Part shown: positions 1 to 8,680 of the stretch, in pieces | Position numbering within the stretch: the first letter of the stretch is position 1 | Layout of the letters: every line of letters begins with the position of its first letter | Assembly (NCBI GenBank): GCA_965112635.1 | Contig: OZ218778.1 | Location: 2,688,001-2,752,000 of the forward strand | DNA from: an uncultured bacterium | GTDB taxonomy: Bacteria; Oederibacteriota; Oederibacteriia; Oederibacteriales; Oederibacteriaceae | Reading direction: 5' to 3' | Length of the DNA stretch: 64,000 bases | The notes under the pieces: model-generated | Seen by the model: the letters and a program-made list of their open reading frames with translations, nothing else | The model's database searches: none | Told to the model about the DNA's origin: nothing | Position numbers and translations under genes: made by a program

Positions 1-502
1 TGAGGTCCTGGCAGAACCGCTTCAGGGCCTGGAACTTTTCCTCGGGGTTTTGGTCCACGACGCTTTGGCCGCCTCTCAGCTCCGCAAGGACTTTCCTGAC
101 TTGCTCCAAGCCTATTCCGGCCTTTTTCAGGATCCCGGCGGCTTCGCCGCCCTTTTCTTCCATGATCGAGAGTAAAAGGTGTTCCACGCTGACATATTCG
201 TCATGGAAGGCTTCCGCCTGGTTAAAAGCTCCATTAAGGACCTTTTCCATGCGCGGGGAAACGGTCAGGCTACCCCCCGTGACCTTGGGCAGGCCGCCCA
301 AAAACCTTTCCAGGGCCTGCTGGGTTTGCCCGACGGAAGCCCCTGCTTTTTTGAATATTTGCGGCACAAAACCTTCCTCGTCGCGCAACAGGACCAATAG
401 CAGGTGTTCGGGCAAAAACTCGGAATGGCTGCTGGAACTCGCCAGCCTTTGCGACTGTTCCAGGGCTTCCTGGGATTTGTAGGTCAATTTATCTAATTGC
501 AT
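1..502 (-). CDS. clpB: ATP-dependent chaperone ClpB, N-terminal part (runs off the window)
   Basis: Manual translation from ATG at 502 gives MQLDKLTYKSQEALEQSQRLA...PEHLLL...DEYVSVEHLLL...LRGGQSVVDQNPEEKFQALKRFCQDL, the double Clp-N domain and linker typical of ClpB; not in the ORF track because it is truncated. Confidence 0.9.
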   Translation of the reverse strand, partial: MQLDKLTYKSQEALEQSQRLASSSSHSEFLPEHLLLVLLRDEEGFVPQIFKKAGASVGQTQQALERFLGGLPKVTGGSLTVSPRMEKVLNGAFNQAEAFHDEYVSVEHLLLSIMEEKGGEAAGILKKAGIGLEQVRKVLAELRGGQSVVDQNPEEKFQALKRFCQDL

Positions 503-530
503 GGCTCTTTTTCCCGCTCCTCACCAATGC

Positions 531-1967
531 TCATTTTTCTTTTTCTGCTTCTGCTTCCTTGAAGGTCAGATACTGGGTCATGCCCTGTCTTTCCACCAGC
601 ATGACAACGTTTGCACCCGCCTTGAGGCTGCCCGCGATCTTGTTAAAGCTTTGAAGGTCTTTAACCTTGAGGTTGTTGATCTCTTCTATCACGTCTCCTT
701 GGGCCAATCCCGCCTCGGCAGCCGGACTGGAGGGGTCTACCGCATCCACGATGACGCCTTCCTTCGCCTTTATCTTGTAATTCGCCCTGATCTGGTCGGT
801 TATTTCCTCGACCCCAAAGCCCAGCTTGTTTTCTGTGTTGCCTTCCGGCTCTTCCGAAGTTCCCCGGTATGCCGCTTCTCCCTTTTCCCGTTCCGAGACC
901 TTTACCTTGGCGGTTTCGCTCTCCCCATTCCTGAAATATTTTATCTCAGCCTCCTGGTCCACGGGAAAGGCAGCCACCGCGTTTTGGAGTTCCCGGGGAT
1001 TGGTGACTTTGGTCCCGTTGAACTCCACGATGACATCCCCGTTCTTGATCCCGGATTTATCGGCTGGACCGCCTTCTTGGACTCCGCTCACGAGAACCCC
1101 GTCTTTGGAACTGAATTTAAAATTTTTAGCCAGCTCTTCGGTCAGGGGCTGGATCGTGACGCCCAGCCATCCCCGGATCACTTTGCCGTTCTTAACAAGC
1201 TGGCTGTAGATATTCTTGGCGATATTGATCGGGATGGCAAAGCTCACTCCGGCATAGGACCCCGTGTTGGTTTCAATGGCGCTGTTGATCCCGACCACTT
1301 CCCCCTTTAAATTCACCAGGGGACCGCCGCTGTTACCTGGATTAATGGCCGCATCGGTTTGGAGAAAATCATCATAGGGACCCTGGCCGATGACCCTGCC
1401 CTTGGCGCTGATAATTCCGTGGGTCACGGTCTGTTCCAGCCCGAACGGGCTTCCCACGGCCACGACCCAGTCCCCTACCTCCAAAACGTCCGAGTCGCCC
1501 ATGGCGGCCACTGGAAAATCACTGCCTTTTTGTATTTTGATGACGGCGATATCGGTCTTGCTGTCCTTGCCCACGATCTTGGCCTTGAACTCCCTGCCGT
1601 CAGCGAGTTTCACCTTTATTTCGGACGCTTTTTCCACCACATGGTTGTTGGTCAGGACATACCCTGCTTTATCCACGATAACCCCGGACCCCAGGCTGTT
1701 CTGCTTGAGGTCTCCCTCGGGGACGCCAAAGAACCTTTGGAAAAAGTCGTTCCCAAAAAATTCCCGCATCTGGCCTTCCTGGTCTTTCCAGGGATTCTTG
1801 ATCACTTGCACCGTATTGATATTCACCACAGCCGGCTTGACCATTTTAGCCACCTGGGCAAAGGAAGCCGGGATAAATCCGCTCGCTCCTGCGGGTGAAG
1901 AATAAATAGGAGCCGGCAGGCCGGCCATTGTCAAAAGGACCAGGAGCATCAATAATGTTTTTCTCAT
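531..1967 (-). CDS. degP: DegP/HtrA (Do family) periplasmic serine protease with two PDZ domains
   Basis: Signal peptide; LGSGVIV, TNNHVV, DIAVIK and TDAAINPGNSGGPL motifs; two PDZ-like repeats. Confidence 0.93.
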   Translation of the reverse strand: MRKTLLMLLVLLTMAGLPAPIYSSPAGASGFIPASFAQVAKMVKPAVVNINTVQVIKNPWKDQEGQMREFFGNDFFQRFFGVPEGDLKQNSLGSGVIVDKAGYVLTNNHVVEKASEIKVKLADGREFKAKIVGKDSKTDIAVIKIQKGSDFPVAAMGDSDVLEVGDWVVAVGSPFGLEQTVTHGIISAKGRVIGQGPYDDFLQTDAAINPGNSGGPLVNLKGEVVGINSAIETNTGSYAGVSFAIPINIAKNIYSQLVKNGKVIRGWLGVTIQPLTEELAKNFKFSSKDGVLVSGVQEGGPADKSGIKNGDVIVEFNGTKVTNPRELQNAVAAFPVDQEAEIKYFRNGESETAKVKVSEREKGEAAYRGTSEEPEGNTENKLGFGVEEITDQIRANYKIKAKEGVIVDAVDPSSPAAEAGLAQGDVIEEINNLKVKDLQSFNKIAGSLKAGANVVMLVERQGMTQYLTFKEAEAEKEK

Positions 1968-1969
1968 TT

Positions 1970-2374
1970 CTATTCTCCTTTCGAACTCGTTTTGGTTTCG
2001 GTTTTTTTCTGGGTTTCACCCTGCGCCTTTGGTTCTGAACCGGCAGGCGCGCTCTTTTCGGCTGGCGCGGGCGCGCTGGGCTTGGTGTCTGCCTTGACGG
2101 TTTCTTTCACCTCGCTCTTCTTCTCTTTGTTCTCTCCGCTGGTTTTGGTTTCCGTGGCCTTAGTTTCCTCTTTTTGCTTCTGCTTGTATTCCTGGCTTCT
2201 GTATTCGGTCTGATAAAATCCGCTGCCCTTAAAGATGAAATTGACGTTCTGCGCCAGCATCCTTTTGGCGGAACCACCGCAGGCAGGGCAGGCCGGTGTC
2301 TGCTCATCCTTGATGCTCTGGAAAACCTCAAAATGATTCCCGCACTTTAAGCAGGAGTATTCATAAGTCGGCAC
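1970..2374 (-). CDS. FmdB family zinc-ribbon regulatory protein with K/E/T-rich tail
   Basis: MPTYEYSCLKCG...CPACGG...FIFKGSGFYQTEY; start moved to GTG at 2374 behind AAGGAG. Confidence 0.88.
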   Translation of the reverse strand: MPTYEYSCLKCGNHFEVFQSIKDEQTPACPACGGSAKRMLAQNVNFIFKGSGFYQTEYRSQEYKQKQKEETKATETKTSGENKEKKSEVKETVKADTKPSAPAPAEKSAPAGSEPKAQGETQKKTETKTSSKGE

Positions 2375-2610
2375 TCGGCTGTTTCTCCTTTTGAAATATT
2401 TTACTACTACTGGCAAGAAAACCACAGGCATAAGCCTGTGGATGAATTGCCAGCCCGGAGCATCGCGGAGGAGTAGCAAACATAATAAATTCTTCCGCTT
2501 TAATACCATGGGTGTTAACCCGTGGTAGTTTATTATTTTTTGGCTAAATCACCAAGTGGCTAAACCCGGATTTCTTCCGGTAATTTTGACACTTTTTCTA
2601 ATGACCGTTT

Positions 2611-2874
2611 TTAAGCTTTGCCTTTCATTTTTTTCACAAAAACTATAACAATGTTGCCGTCTTGCTCATAGCCAAGGTACTCGTGCCCTGTTCCATGGCA
2701 CCACGCGGGCATATCAATGGTGATCGCGAAATCGCTTGCCTTTACCTCCAAAACCTCGCCTGCTTCGATCGCCCTGATAGCCTCCGAGGTCTTGATGATG
2801 GGATAAGGGCAAACCATGCCTACGGTATCCAAAACCATCGCGGCCTTGATCTCATTCCCGCTACTATCTTTCAC
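2611..2874 (-). CDS. Sulfurtransferase TusA/SirA family protein
   Basis: LDTVGMVCPYP (CPxP) motif, GEVLEV, DMPAWC. Confidence 0.88.
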   Translation of the reverse strand: MKDSSGNEIKAAMVLDTVGMVCPYPIIKTSEAIRAIEAGEVLEVKASDFAITIDMPAWCHGTGHEYLGYEQDGNIVIVFVKKMKGKA

Positions 2875-2965
2875 TTACATAAGCCTCCAGCGATTTAAGG
2901 AAAACCTCAGGGTTAAACCAGGTTTTAGCAAGGTTAAGTCCGTCTTGAAATAAGTCAAAAAAAAC

Positions 2966-2982
2966 TGGTGCGAGGGGCGGGA
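2966..2982 (-). repeat. 17-bp direct repeat of the tRNA-Leu 3' end
   Basis: TGGTGCGAGGGGCGGGA at 2966-2982 is identical to 3155-3171. Confidence 0.9.
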
Positions 2983-3154
2983 AATTGCCTTCCGGTCATC
3001 TCTCTCTCGAGAGATGCCTCCAGGCGGGGCTCGCACCTACCTGCCTCTGGCAGGTGCCAGGTGCTCCGCCTTTCAACTCCCTCAAGCGGACGCTCCCGCG
3101 TCCGCCTATCTACGCTCGCCAATTCTTATATTGTTGATGCCACTTCAAAATCAA

Positions 3155-3238
3155 TGGTGCGAGGGGCGGGAGTTGAACCCGCAAGCCTTTCGGCATACGC
3201 ACCTCAAGCGTACGTGTCTGCCATTCCACCACCCTCGC
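3155..3238 (-). tRNA. tRNA-Leu (anticodon GAG)
   Basis: Reverse complement GCGAGGGTGGTGGAATGGCAGACACGTACGCTTGAGGTGCGTATGCCGAAAGGCTTGCGGGTTCAACTCCCGCCCCTCGCACCA: cloverleaf, long variable arm, GTTCAA T-loop, encoded CCA. Confidence 0.96.
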
Positions 3239-3263
3239 TTCACTCTGCCGGCAACATAATAAA

Positions 3264-3446
3264 GCGTTACCTCTCAGAGTGAAGCGCACCGAGAAGCCTC
3301 TCGGTACCGCGAACTGTTTCCTTTCAGAGTTAGGCGCATCGACTCTTTTCAGTTCCCGTACGGGGAACAGCCGTTCGATACTGCGAAAACTCTAAATACT
3401 TTAAATTAATGCGTTTCCCCTCAGAGTGAAGCGTACTGCAAAAACC
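3264..3446. repeat. Three dispersed copies of a TCAGAGTkArGCG...TACyGCrAA motif upstream of the tRNA
   Basis: Cores start at 3274, 3324 and 3421. Confidence 0.7.
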
Positions 3447-3538
3447 CCAAAGCCAATCTTCCTACAAGGGTAGTTTATATTAAGAAAAAACACCTTTTTT
3501 GACAAGGGGGGCGTAACGAATAGGGGGCTGAAAAAACC

Positions 3539-4873
3539 TTACGGCTTGTCTTGATCCAAATGGATTTTGGATTGGTCCCCCACAACCACCAACACGTATT
3601 TCTCCGGGTTCAGATATGTTTTGGCTACTCGCAACACATCTTCCCTGGTCAGCTTGCGGATAATCTTCGGATATTTATCCACGTAATCCAGCCCCAAACC
3701 GAACAGCTCGATGTTCAGAAGCATGGCGGCGATCTTGGCGTTGGTATCCAGGCGCATGGGAAAATAACCGGTCAGGAAAGACCGGGCATTTTCAAACTCC
3801 TTCTCGCCAACCGGCTCTGTCCGTATCCGCTGTATTTCCTGAGCCATAAGCTTCAAAGCCTCCGGAGTGCTTACATCCTTTGTCTGCAGATTGACTTGGA
3901 AAAAACTGGGGAAATACTTGGCGTCAAAATAACTATCCACGTCATAGACCAGAGCGTTTTCCACCCGGATCTTCTCAAATAACCGCGAGGCAAATCCCCC
4001 TCCGCCCAGGATATAATTCAGCACGGTCACGGCATACCAATCCGGGTTCAATCTGGACAGGCCCGGATGGCCCCAGATCACGGTCGCCTGGGTCAAGTCC
4101 TTATCGATCGTCTTGACCACGGTCTTTTCCAAGGCTGGAGTCTGATATTCCGGCTTTACGACCGGCTTGTCCCCTTTTTTCCAGGACCCCAGACACTTCT
4201 GGACGATGCCCAGGGCTTCTTCTTTCGTGATATCCCCCACGATGGCGAGGATGGCGTTGTCAGGAAGATAATAACGGCCGTAGAAGTTCACCAGGTCTTC
4301 ACGGGTGATGTTCGGCAGGGTTTCTGCTTTTCCTTCCGCAAGCCTGCCATACGGATGGTCCCCAAAAAGAGCGCCAAGGAAAGTTCGTTGGGCCAGTTCC
4401 TCCGGCTCCTGTTCCTGCCTTTTTAGTTCAGCCAGGATGCGCTTGACCGCCCTTTGCTGTTCAGCCTCGGGAAAAGTGGGATGCAAAAGCGCGTCGCCGA
4501 ATATTTCCATCCCCTGACCCAGATATTTCTTGAGGACCGTCAGGTTGAGGCTTGCGGTATCTGCTCCGGCAGAAGATCCCAGGGAGGCTCCCAAAAAATC
4601 AATGGCATTACTGATTTCCGTGGCGGTACGGGTCAGGGTTCCTTCGGTCAGCAAGCTTGCCGTAAGGTTGGCCAGCCCCGCCTTGGCAGACGGTTCATAA
4701 TAAGAACCGGCCTTGACCATCAGGGAGAACGTCACAATAGGCAGCTTATGTTGTTCGGAAACCAGCACGACCAGTCCGTTGTCCATCACCGCTCTTTGGC
4801 CCAGGTCTTTGGCCTCCAGTTTCAAACAGACAAGGGCCAGCATAAGGCAGCAAGCCAGGATTCTTCTCATCAT
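3539..4873 (-). CDS. M16 family peptidase, non-catalytic subunit
   Basis: Signal peptide; NGLVVLV, GLANLTASLLTEGT (HXXEH degenerate), ILGGGGFASRLF; overlaps the upstream partner. Confidence 0.9.
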   Translation of the reverse strand: MMRRILACCLMLALVCLKLEAKDLGQRAVMDNGLVVLVSEQHKLPIVTFSLMVKAGSYYEPSAKAGLANLTASLLTEGTLTRTATEISNAIDFLGASLGSSAGADTASLNLTVLKKYLGQGMEIFGDALLHPTFPEAEQQRAVKRILAELKRQEQEPEELAQRTFLGALFGDHPYGRLAEGKAETLPNITREDLVNFYGRYYLPDNAILAIVGDITKEEALGIVQKCLGSWKKGDKPVVKPEYQTPALEKTVVKTIDKDLTQATVIWGHPGLSRLNPDWYAVTVLNYILGGGGFASRLFEKIRVENALVYDVDSYFDAKYFPSFFQVNLQTKDVSTPEALKLMAQEIQRIRTEPVGEKEFENARSFLTGYFPMRLDTNAKIAAMLLNIELFGLGLDYVDKYPKIIRKLTREDVLRVAKTYLNPEKYVLVVVGDQSKIHLDQDKP

Positions 4874-6207
4874 TTCTCCTCGTTTTGGCTGGTGTCTTTT
4901 TCAGCCTGCGGTATCAGGATACCCACGGTCCGGTTATCTTCGGTCAGATATTTGGCGGCAACCCTTAAAAGGTCCTTTGGCGTGACCGCCTGGATTCCTG
5001 GTAGATACTTTTCCCAGTCTTTCCAAGAGGAACATGCTTCATATCTCCCCAGCTCCCCGGCCAGGTCAAAGATCGAATCCTGGCTCTGGATAAAATCGGC
5101 TTCGATCTGGTTCTTGGCTTTCTGCAGCTCCGTCGGAGGAACCGGTTCTTTTTTCAATTTCTCGATTTCCTCATAAAGGGCCTGTTCAACCTTGTCCACG
5201 CTCACGCCGGGTAAAGCCTCGGCGTAAACATAAAAAAGCTCAGGATCATGGGATACCCTGTCATATTCGCCCTCGGCAAAGGTAGCCAGCTGCTTTTGAT
5301 AGACCAGGCTCTGATAGAGGCGTGAGCTTTTGCCTCCTGAAAGAACGACCGCCAGCACATCCAGGCTGAAGCTGTCCGGGTCAGACTGGTTGGGGGTATG
5401 GTACCCGGCAAACACAAAGGGCAGCTTGGCTTCTTTTTTGAGGAAGACACGGCGCTCTCCCCGCTGGGGCGGCTCGACAAAAGTCGTCTGGGGAGGAACA
5501 GGCCTGCTGGGGATAGGCTCAAAATACTCTCTAACTTTTTTAATAAAGACTTCCGGGTCGACATCCCCGGCTATGACCAGAAAAGCGTTGTTGGGCACAT
5601 AATAGGTGTGGTACCAGTTTTGCAGGTCCTCGATTTTATAGCGGTCGATGTCCTGCATCCAGCCGATGACCGGCCAACGGTAGGGGTGGATTTGGAAGGC
5701 CGTGGCCATCATCTGTTCCACCACGGCATGCACCGGATCGTCCTCGTAGCGCATTCGGCGCTCTTCCTTGACGACCAGCCGTTCCGACTGGAACTCCTTA
5801 TCCAGCAAAGCCAGGTTCTGCATCCGGTCGGACTCCAGTTTTAAGGAGAGCTCCAGCCGGTCCGAGGCAAAATTCTCGTAAAAGGTGGTGTAATCCTGAG
5901 TGGTATAGGCATTGTCGATGCCGCCCTGGCTCTGCACGATCTTGGAAAATTCCCGCGGCCCTATCTTTTGGGTGCCCTTGAACATCATATGTTCCATCAT
6001 ATGGGACAAACCGGTCTTGCCTATCCGCTCCAGCCTGGACCCGACCCTGTACCAGACCTGGAAGGTCGCCACCGGCGCTTTATGCTCCTCGATGAACAGC
6101 ACCCTGAGCCCGTTCTTGAGCGCATACTCTTTGACCGGGATGCTCATCTGGGCCGGCGCAGCCACAGCCCAGAGCATTACTACAATAAACAGCAGGTTCT
6201 TTTTCAA
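4870..6207 (-). CDS. M16 family zinc peptidase, catalytic subunit
   Basis: Signal peptide; GLSHMMEHMMFKGT (HXXEH), NAYTTQDYT, HPYRWPVIGW. Confidence 0.93.
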   Translation of the reverse strand: MKKNLLFIVVMLWAVAAPAQMSIPVKEYALKNGLRVLFIEEHKAPVATFQVWYRVGSRLERIGKTGLSHMMEHMMFKGTQKIGPREFSKIVQSQGGIDNAYTTQDYTTFYENFASDRLELSLKLESDRMQNLALLDKEFQSERLVVKEERRMRYEDDPVHAVVEQMMATAFQIHPYRWPVIGWMQDIDRYKIEDLQNWYHTYYVPNNAFLVIAGDVDPEVFIKKVREYFEPIPSRPVPPQTTFVEPPQRGERRVFLKKEAKLPFVFAGYHTPNQSDPDSFSLDVLAVVLSGGKSSRLYQSLVYQKQLATFAEGEYDRVSHDPELFYVYAEALPGVSVDKVEQALYEEIEKLKKEPVPPTELQKAKNQIEADFIQSQDSIFDLAGELGRYEACSSWKDWEKYLPGIQAVTPKDLLRVAAKYLTEDNRTVGILIPQAEKDTSQNEEK

Positions 6208-6223
6208 GCTCTTTTCACCTTTA

Positions 6224-6826
6224 CTAGGCCAGATTGGCGCCCAAAGCCTGGGCTTTTTTGACTTCCCTGGCGGTCAGGGCCTGTTTCTCCTCGACCGCGG
6301 TCAGGCCGACGAACATGGTGCCGACTACCTTGGCATTAAAAACTTTGGCCAGGATCTTTAGTATCCTGATAGCGCCCGTGGTCAGTCTCCCCATAAAAGA
6401 AGGAGCCGCTGTGGCAGTGACTAAAACGGCCCTTTTTTGTTTTGGCTTTTCTTCCCTTAATTTGGGGCCGGTTTTCACCCCCCATGGCCAATAACTGTAG
6501 CAGATAGTGCGCTCAATGAAGCACCGCATCAGGGCGGTCACATTATAATGGTTGACCGGCGCGGCCAGGACCAGGCTGTCCGCGGCATCCACTTCGTTCA
6601 GGATCGAGTTCATATCGTCCTTTTGTCCGCAGAGCCCCCTGACTCCCTTGGCTGTCCTGGTGCAGGAACGGCAGTTGGCGCAATATTTGATGTTTTTGTC
6701 CCGGAGAAAAACGACCTTCACCTCAGCCCCCTTGGCCTTGGCGCCTTTGACGATCTCGTCAACCGCCTGGTCGACCGTCCTGCCTTTGCGATAGCTCCCG
6801 TTGATGACCACAACTTTTGTTGCCAT
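6224..6826 (-). CDS. Flavodoxin-family / iron-sulfur flavoprotein (NADPH-dependent FMN reductase-like)
   Basis: VVVINGSYRKG, CANCRSC...C cluster motif, ADSLVLAAPV. Confidence 0.85.
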   Translation of the reverse strand: MATKVVVINGSYRKGRTVDQAVDEIVKGAKAKGAEVKVVFLRDKNIKYCANCRSCTRTAKGVRGLCGQKDDMNSILNEVDAADSLVLAAPVNHYNVTALMRCFIERTICYSYWPWGVKTGPKLREEKPKQKRAVLVTATAAPSFMGRLTTGAIRILKILAKVFNAKVVGTMFVGLTAVEEKQALTAREVKKAQALGANLA

Positions 6827-6889
6827 GTTCCCCTCCTGAAGATTTGATCGATCCGCCTATTTTAAACTCTTGAGCCTAAAAGAGGAAGG

Positions 6890-8680
6890 TTATTCGGCCT
6901 GGTTCCTGAAGGAATTCAAGGCAATGCCCGCCTCAGCCCTGACCTGGGGGTCCGCGTCCTGCAGCAGGCCAATAAGGGCAAGTTTATCCTCGGTCTGGCC
7001 AAGCCCGATGCAGCCCAGGGCAAAAGCGGCGTTGGCCCGGACTTTGGAATCCGCGTCTTTGAGGCATTGCCTCAGGCTGGGATCCGCTGCCTGGGCGCCT
7101 GTTCCTATTAACCCCAGGCTGTAGGCCGCCTGGCTGGCCACCGCTTTATCCTTGTCATTTAAGGCCCGCGTAAGGTCCGGCACGGCGCTGGCGCTGTCCG
7201 GCCCGATCCTGCCCAGGGCGATCGCGGCCTCGTTCCTAACCTCAGCGCTCTCATCCGTCAGACAGCCGGCCAAAGACTTTATGGCCGACGACGCGTTGGA
7301 CCCGAGCCACCCCAAAGTCCTGACTGACTCACAGCGCACCTTTTCGCTCCCCGACCTTAACCCGCTGAGCCTGTCCAGGACGACCATGCTGAAATCATAG
7401 CTGGCTCCCCGCAAAACCCAGCCCGCACTGCCCTGGACATTGGGGTCATCATCGTTGACGGCATCTAATAACGCCCGGATGACCTCGTCGGATTCGGGTT
7501 CTATGGCTCCCAGGCTGGTGCAAACGCTGGCCCTGATGTCGGCGCTCTTGCTCTTGAATGTTTTGAGGAGGGAGTCCTCGGCCGCTTTGGCTTCTGCCCC
7601 GATGCTTCCCAAAGCGATGATGGCCTGGTTTTTGACCTGCTCGTCCTTGTCACCCAAAGCATGTATCAGGACAGTTACGGCCTGTTTGGCTCCGGAACCA
7701 AGACTCCCCAGGGTGTTGATGGCGCTGATCCGGCTGACGCTGTCCCCGGAACCGGCCATGGCGATCAGGTCCGGCAAAGCTTTCAAGGCGCTTGGCCCCA
7801 GATGCCCCAGGCATACGCTGGCGTTGCCCCTAACTTTTTCATCCTTGTCTTGCAACAATTTGACCAGCTTGGGTACGGCTTCTGCGCCGGCCGTTCCCAT
7901 AAAACCCAGGGCTGCGGCCGCGTTCGCCCTCACGCTCGGGCTGGGGTCGGATAGGGCAGCGATGAGGCCCGGTATGCTGCGGCTGGCTGACTGCCCGATA
8001 CAACCCAGGGCAAAAGCGGCGCTGCTGCGAACCGGCTCGCCCCTGTCTTTTAAAAGCCCCTCGATATCCCTGACTGCTGTCTTGGCGACAGGCCCAAAAA
8101 AACCCAAGGACTCGCAGGCATTGGCCCGCTTTCTGGGATATTTGCTGTGCAAGTCCTTTTTAATGATGGCCAATATCTTTTCGGTGGGGCCTATCTCTTT
8201 GATAGCGTCCAGCGCTTCCATCCTTATCTCTTTATCCCTGCTCTCCAACTGGTCCGATAAAGCAGGAAGAGCCTGTTTCGGCTTTGGCTTTAGACCCCCA
8301 AGAGTTTTAATAGCGCTCAGTTGCACCTTTCTGTCCTTGTCCTCCAATGCTTCCATCAAAGCGCTGACAACACGGCTATTCGAAGGGTCCAACTGGCCCA
8401 GGCTAACGACGCTATGGCTCCTGACTTCCGCGTCCTTGTCTTTTAAAGCCTTGAATAGGGCCTGCAAAATATCCGGGTCCGGGCAGGCCACATACCCCAG
8501 AGCCATAGCCGCCAAAGCACGGTCCTGGCTCTGACCTGAGCTTAACTCATGGACATATTGGGCTGCCGGGTCACTTGTTTCTACGGATTTATCGGCACCA
8601 TAAACAGGCGAACACGCCAAAAAAATCGGTAAAGCCAGCCAAAGAAATAAGTATTTTTTTGCATCAACGGACCTGCGCAT
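6890..8680 (-). CDS. HEAT/PBS-lyase repeat protein with N-terminal signal sequence
   Basis: Many LxDxDxxVRxxAAxALGxIG repeats; hydrophobic N-terminus. Confidence 0.88.
   Translation of the reverse strand: MRRSVDAKKYLFLWLALPIFLACSPVYGADKSVETSDPAAQYVHELSSGQSQDRALAAMALGYVACPDPDILQALFKALKDKDAEVRSHSVVSLGQLDPSNSRVVSALMEALEDKDRKVQLSAIKTLGGLKPKPKQALPALSDQLESRDKEIRMEALDAIKEIGPTEKILAIIKKDLHSKYPRKRANACESLGFFGPVAKTAVRDIEGLLKDRGEPVRSSAAFALGCIGQSASRSIPGLIAALSDPSPSVRANAAAALGFMGTAGAEAVPKLVKLLQDKDEKVRGNASVCLGHLGPSALKALPDLIAMAGSGDSVSRISAINTLGSLGSGAKQAVTVLIHALGDKDEQVKNQAIIALGSIGAEAKAAEDSLLKTFKSKSADIRASVCTSLGAIEPESDEVIRALLDAVNDDDPNVQGSAGWVLRGASYDFSMVVLDRLSGLRSGSEKVRCESVRTLGWLGSNASSAIKSLAGCLTDESAEVRNEAAIALGRIGPDSASAVPDLTRALNDKDKAVASQAAYSLGLIGTGAQAADPSLRQCLKDADSKVRANAAFALGCIGLGQTEDKLALIGLLQDADPQVRAEAGIALNSFRNQAE

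Noticed and set aside
2520-2600. CIRCE element upstream of the clpB operon
   Set aside because: No TTAGCACTC-N9-GAGTGCTAA match
2966-3238. Prophage or genomic island at tRNA-Leu
   Set aside because: The att-like repeats are only 172 bp apart and no integrase is present
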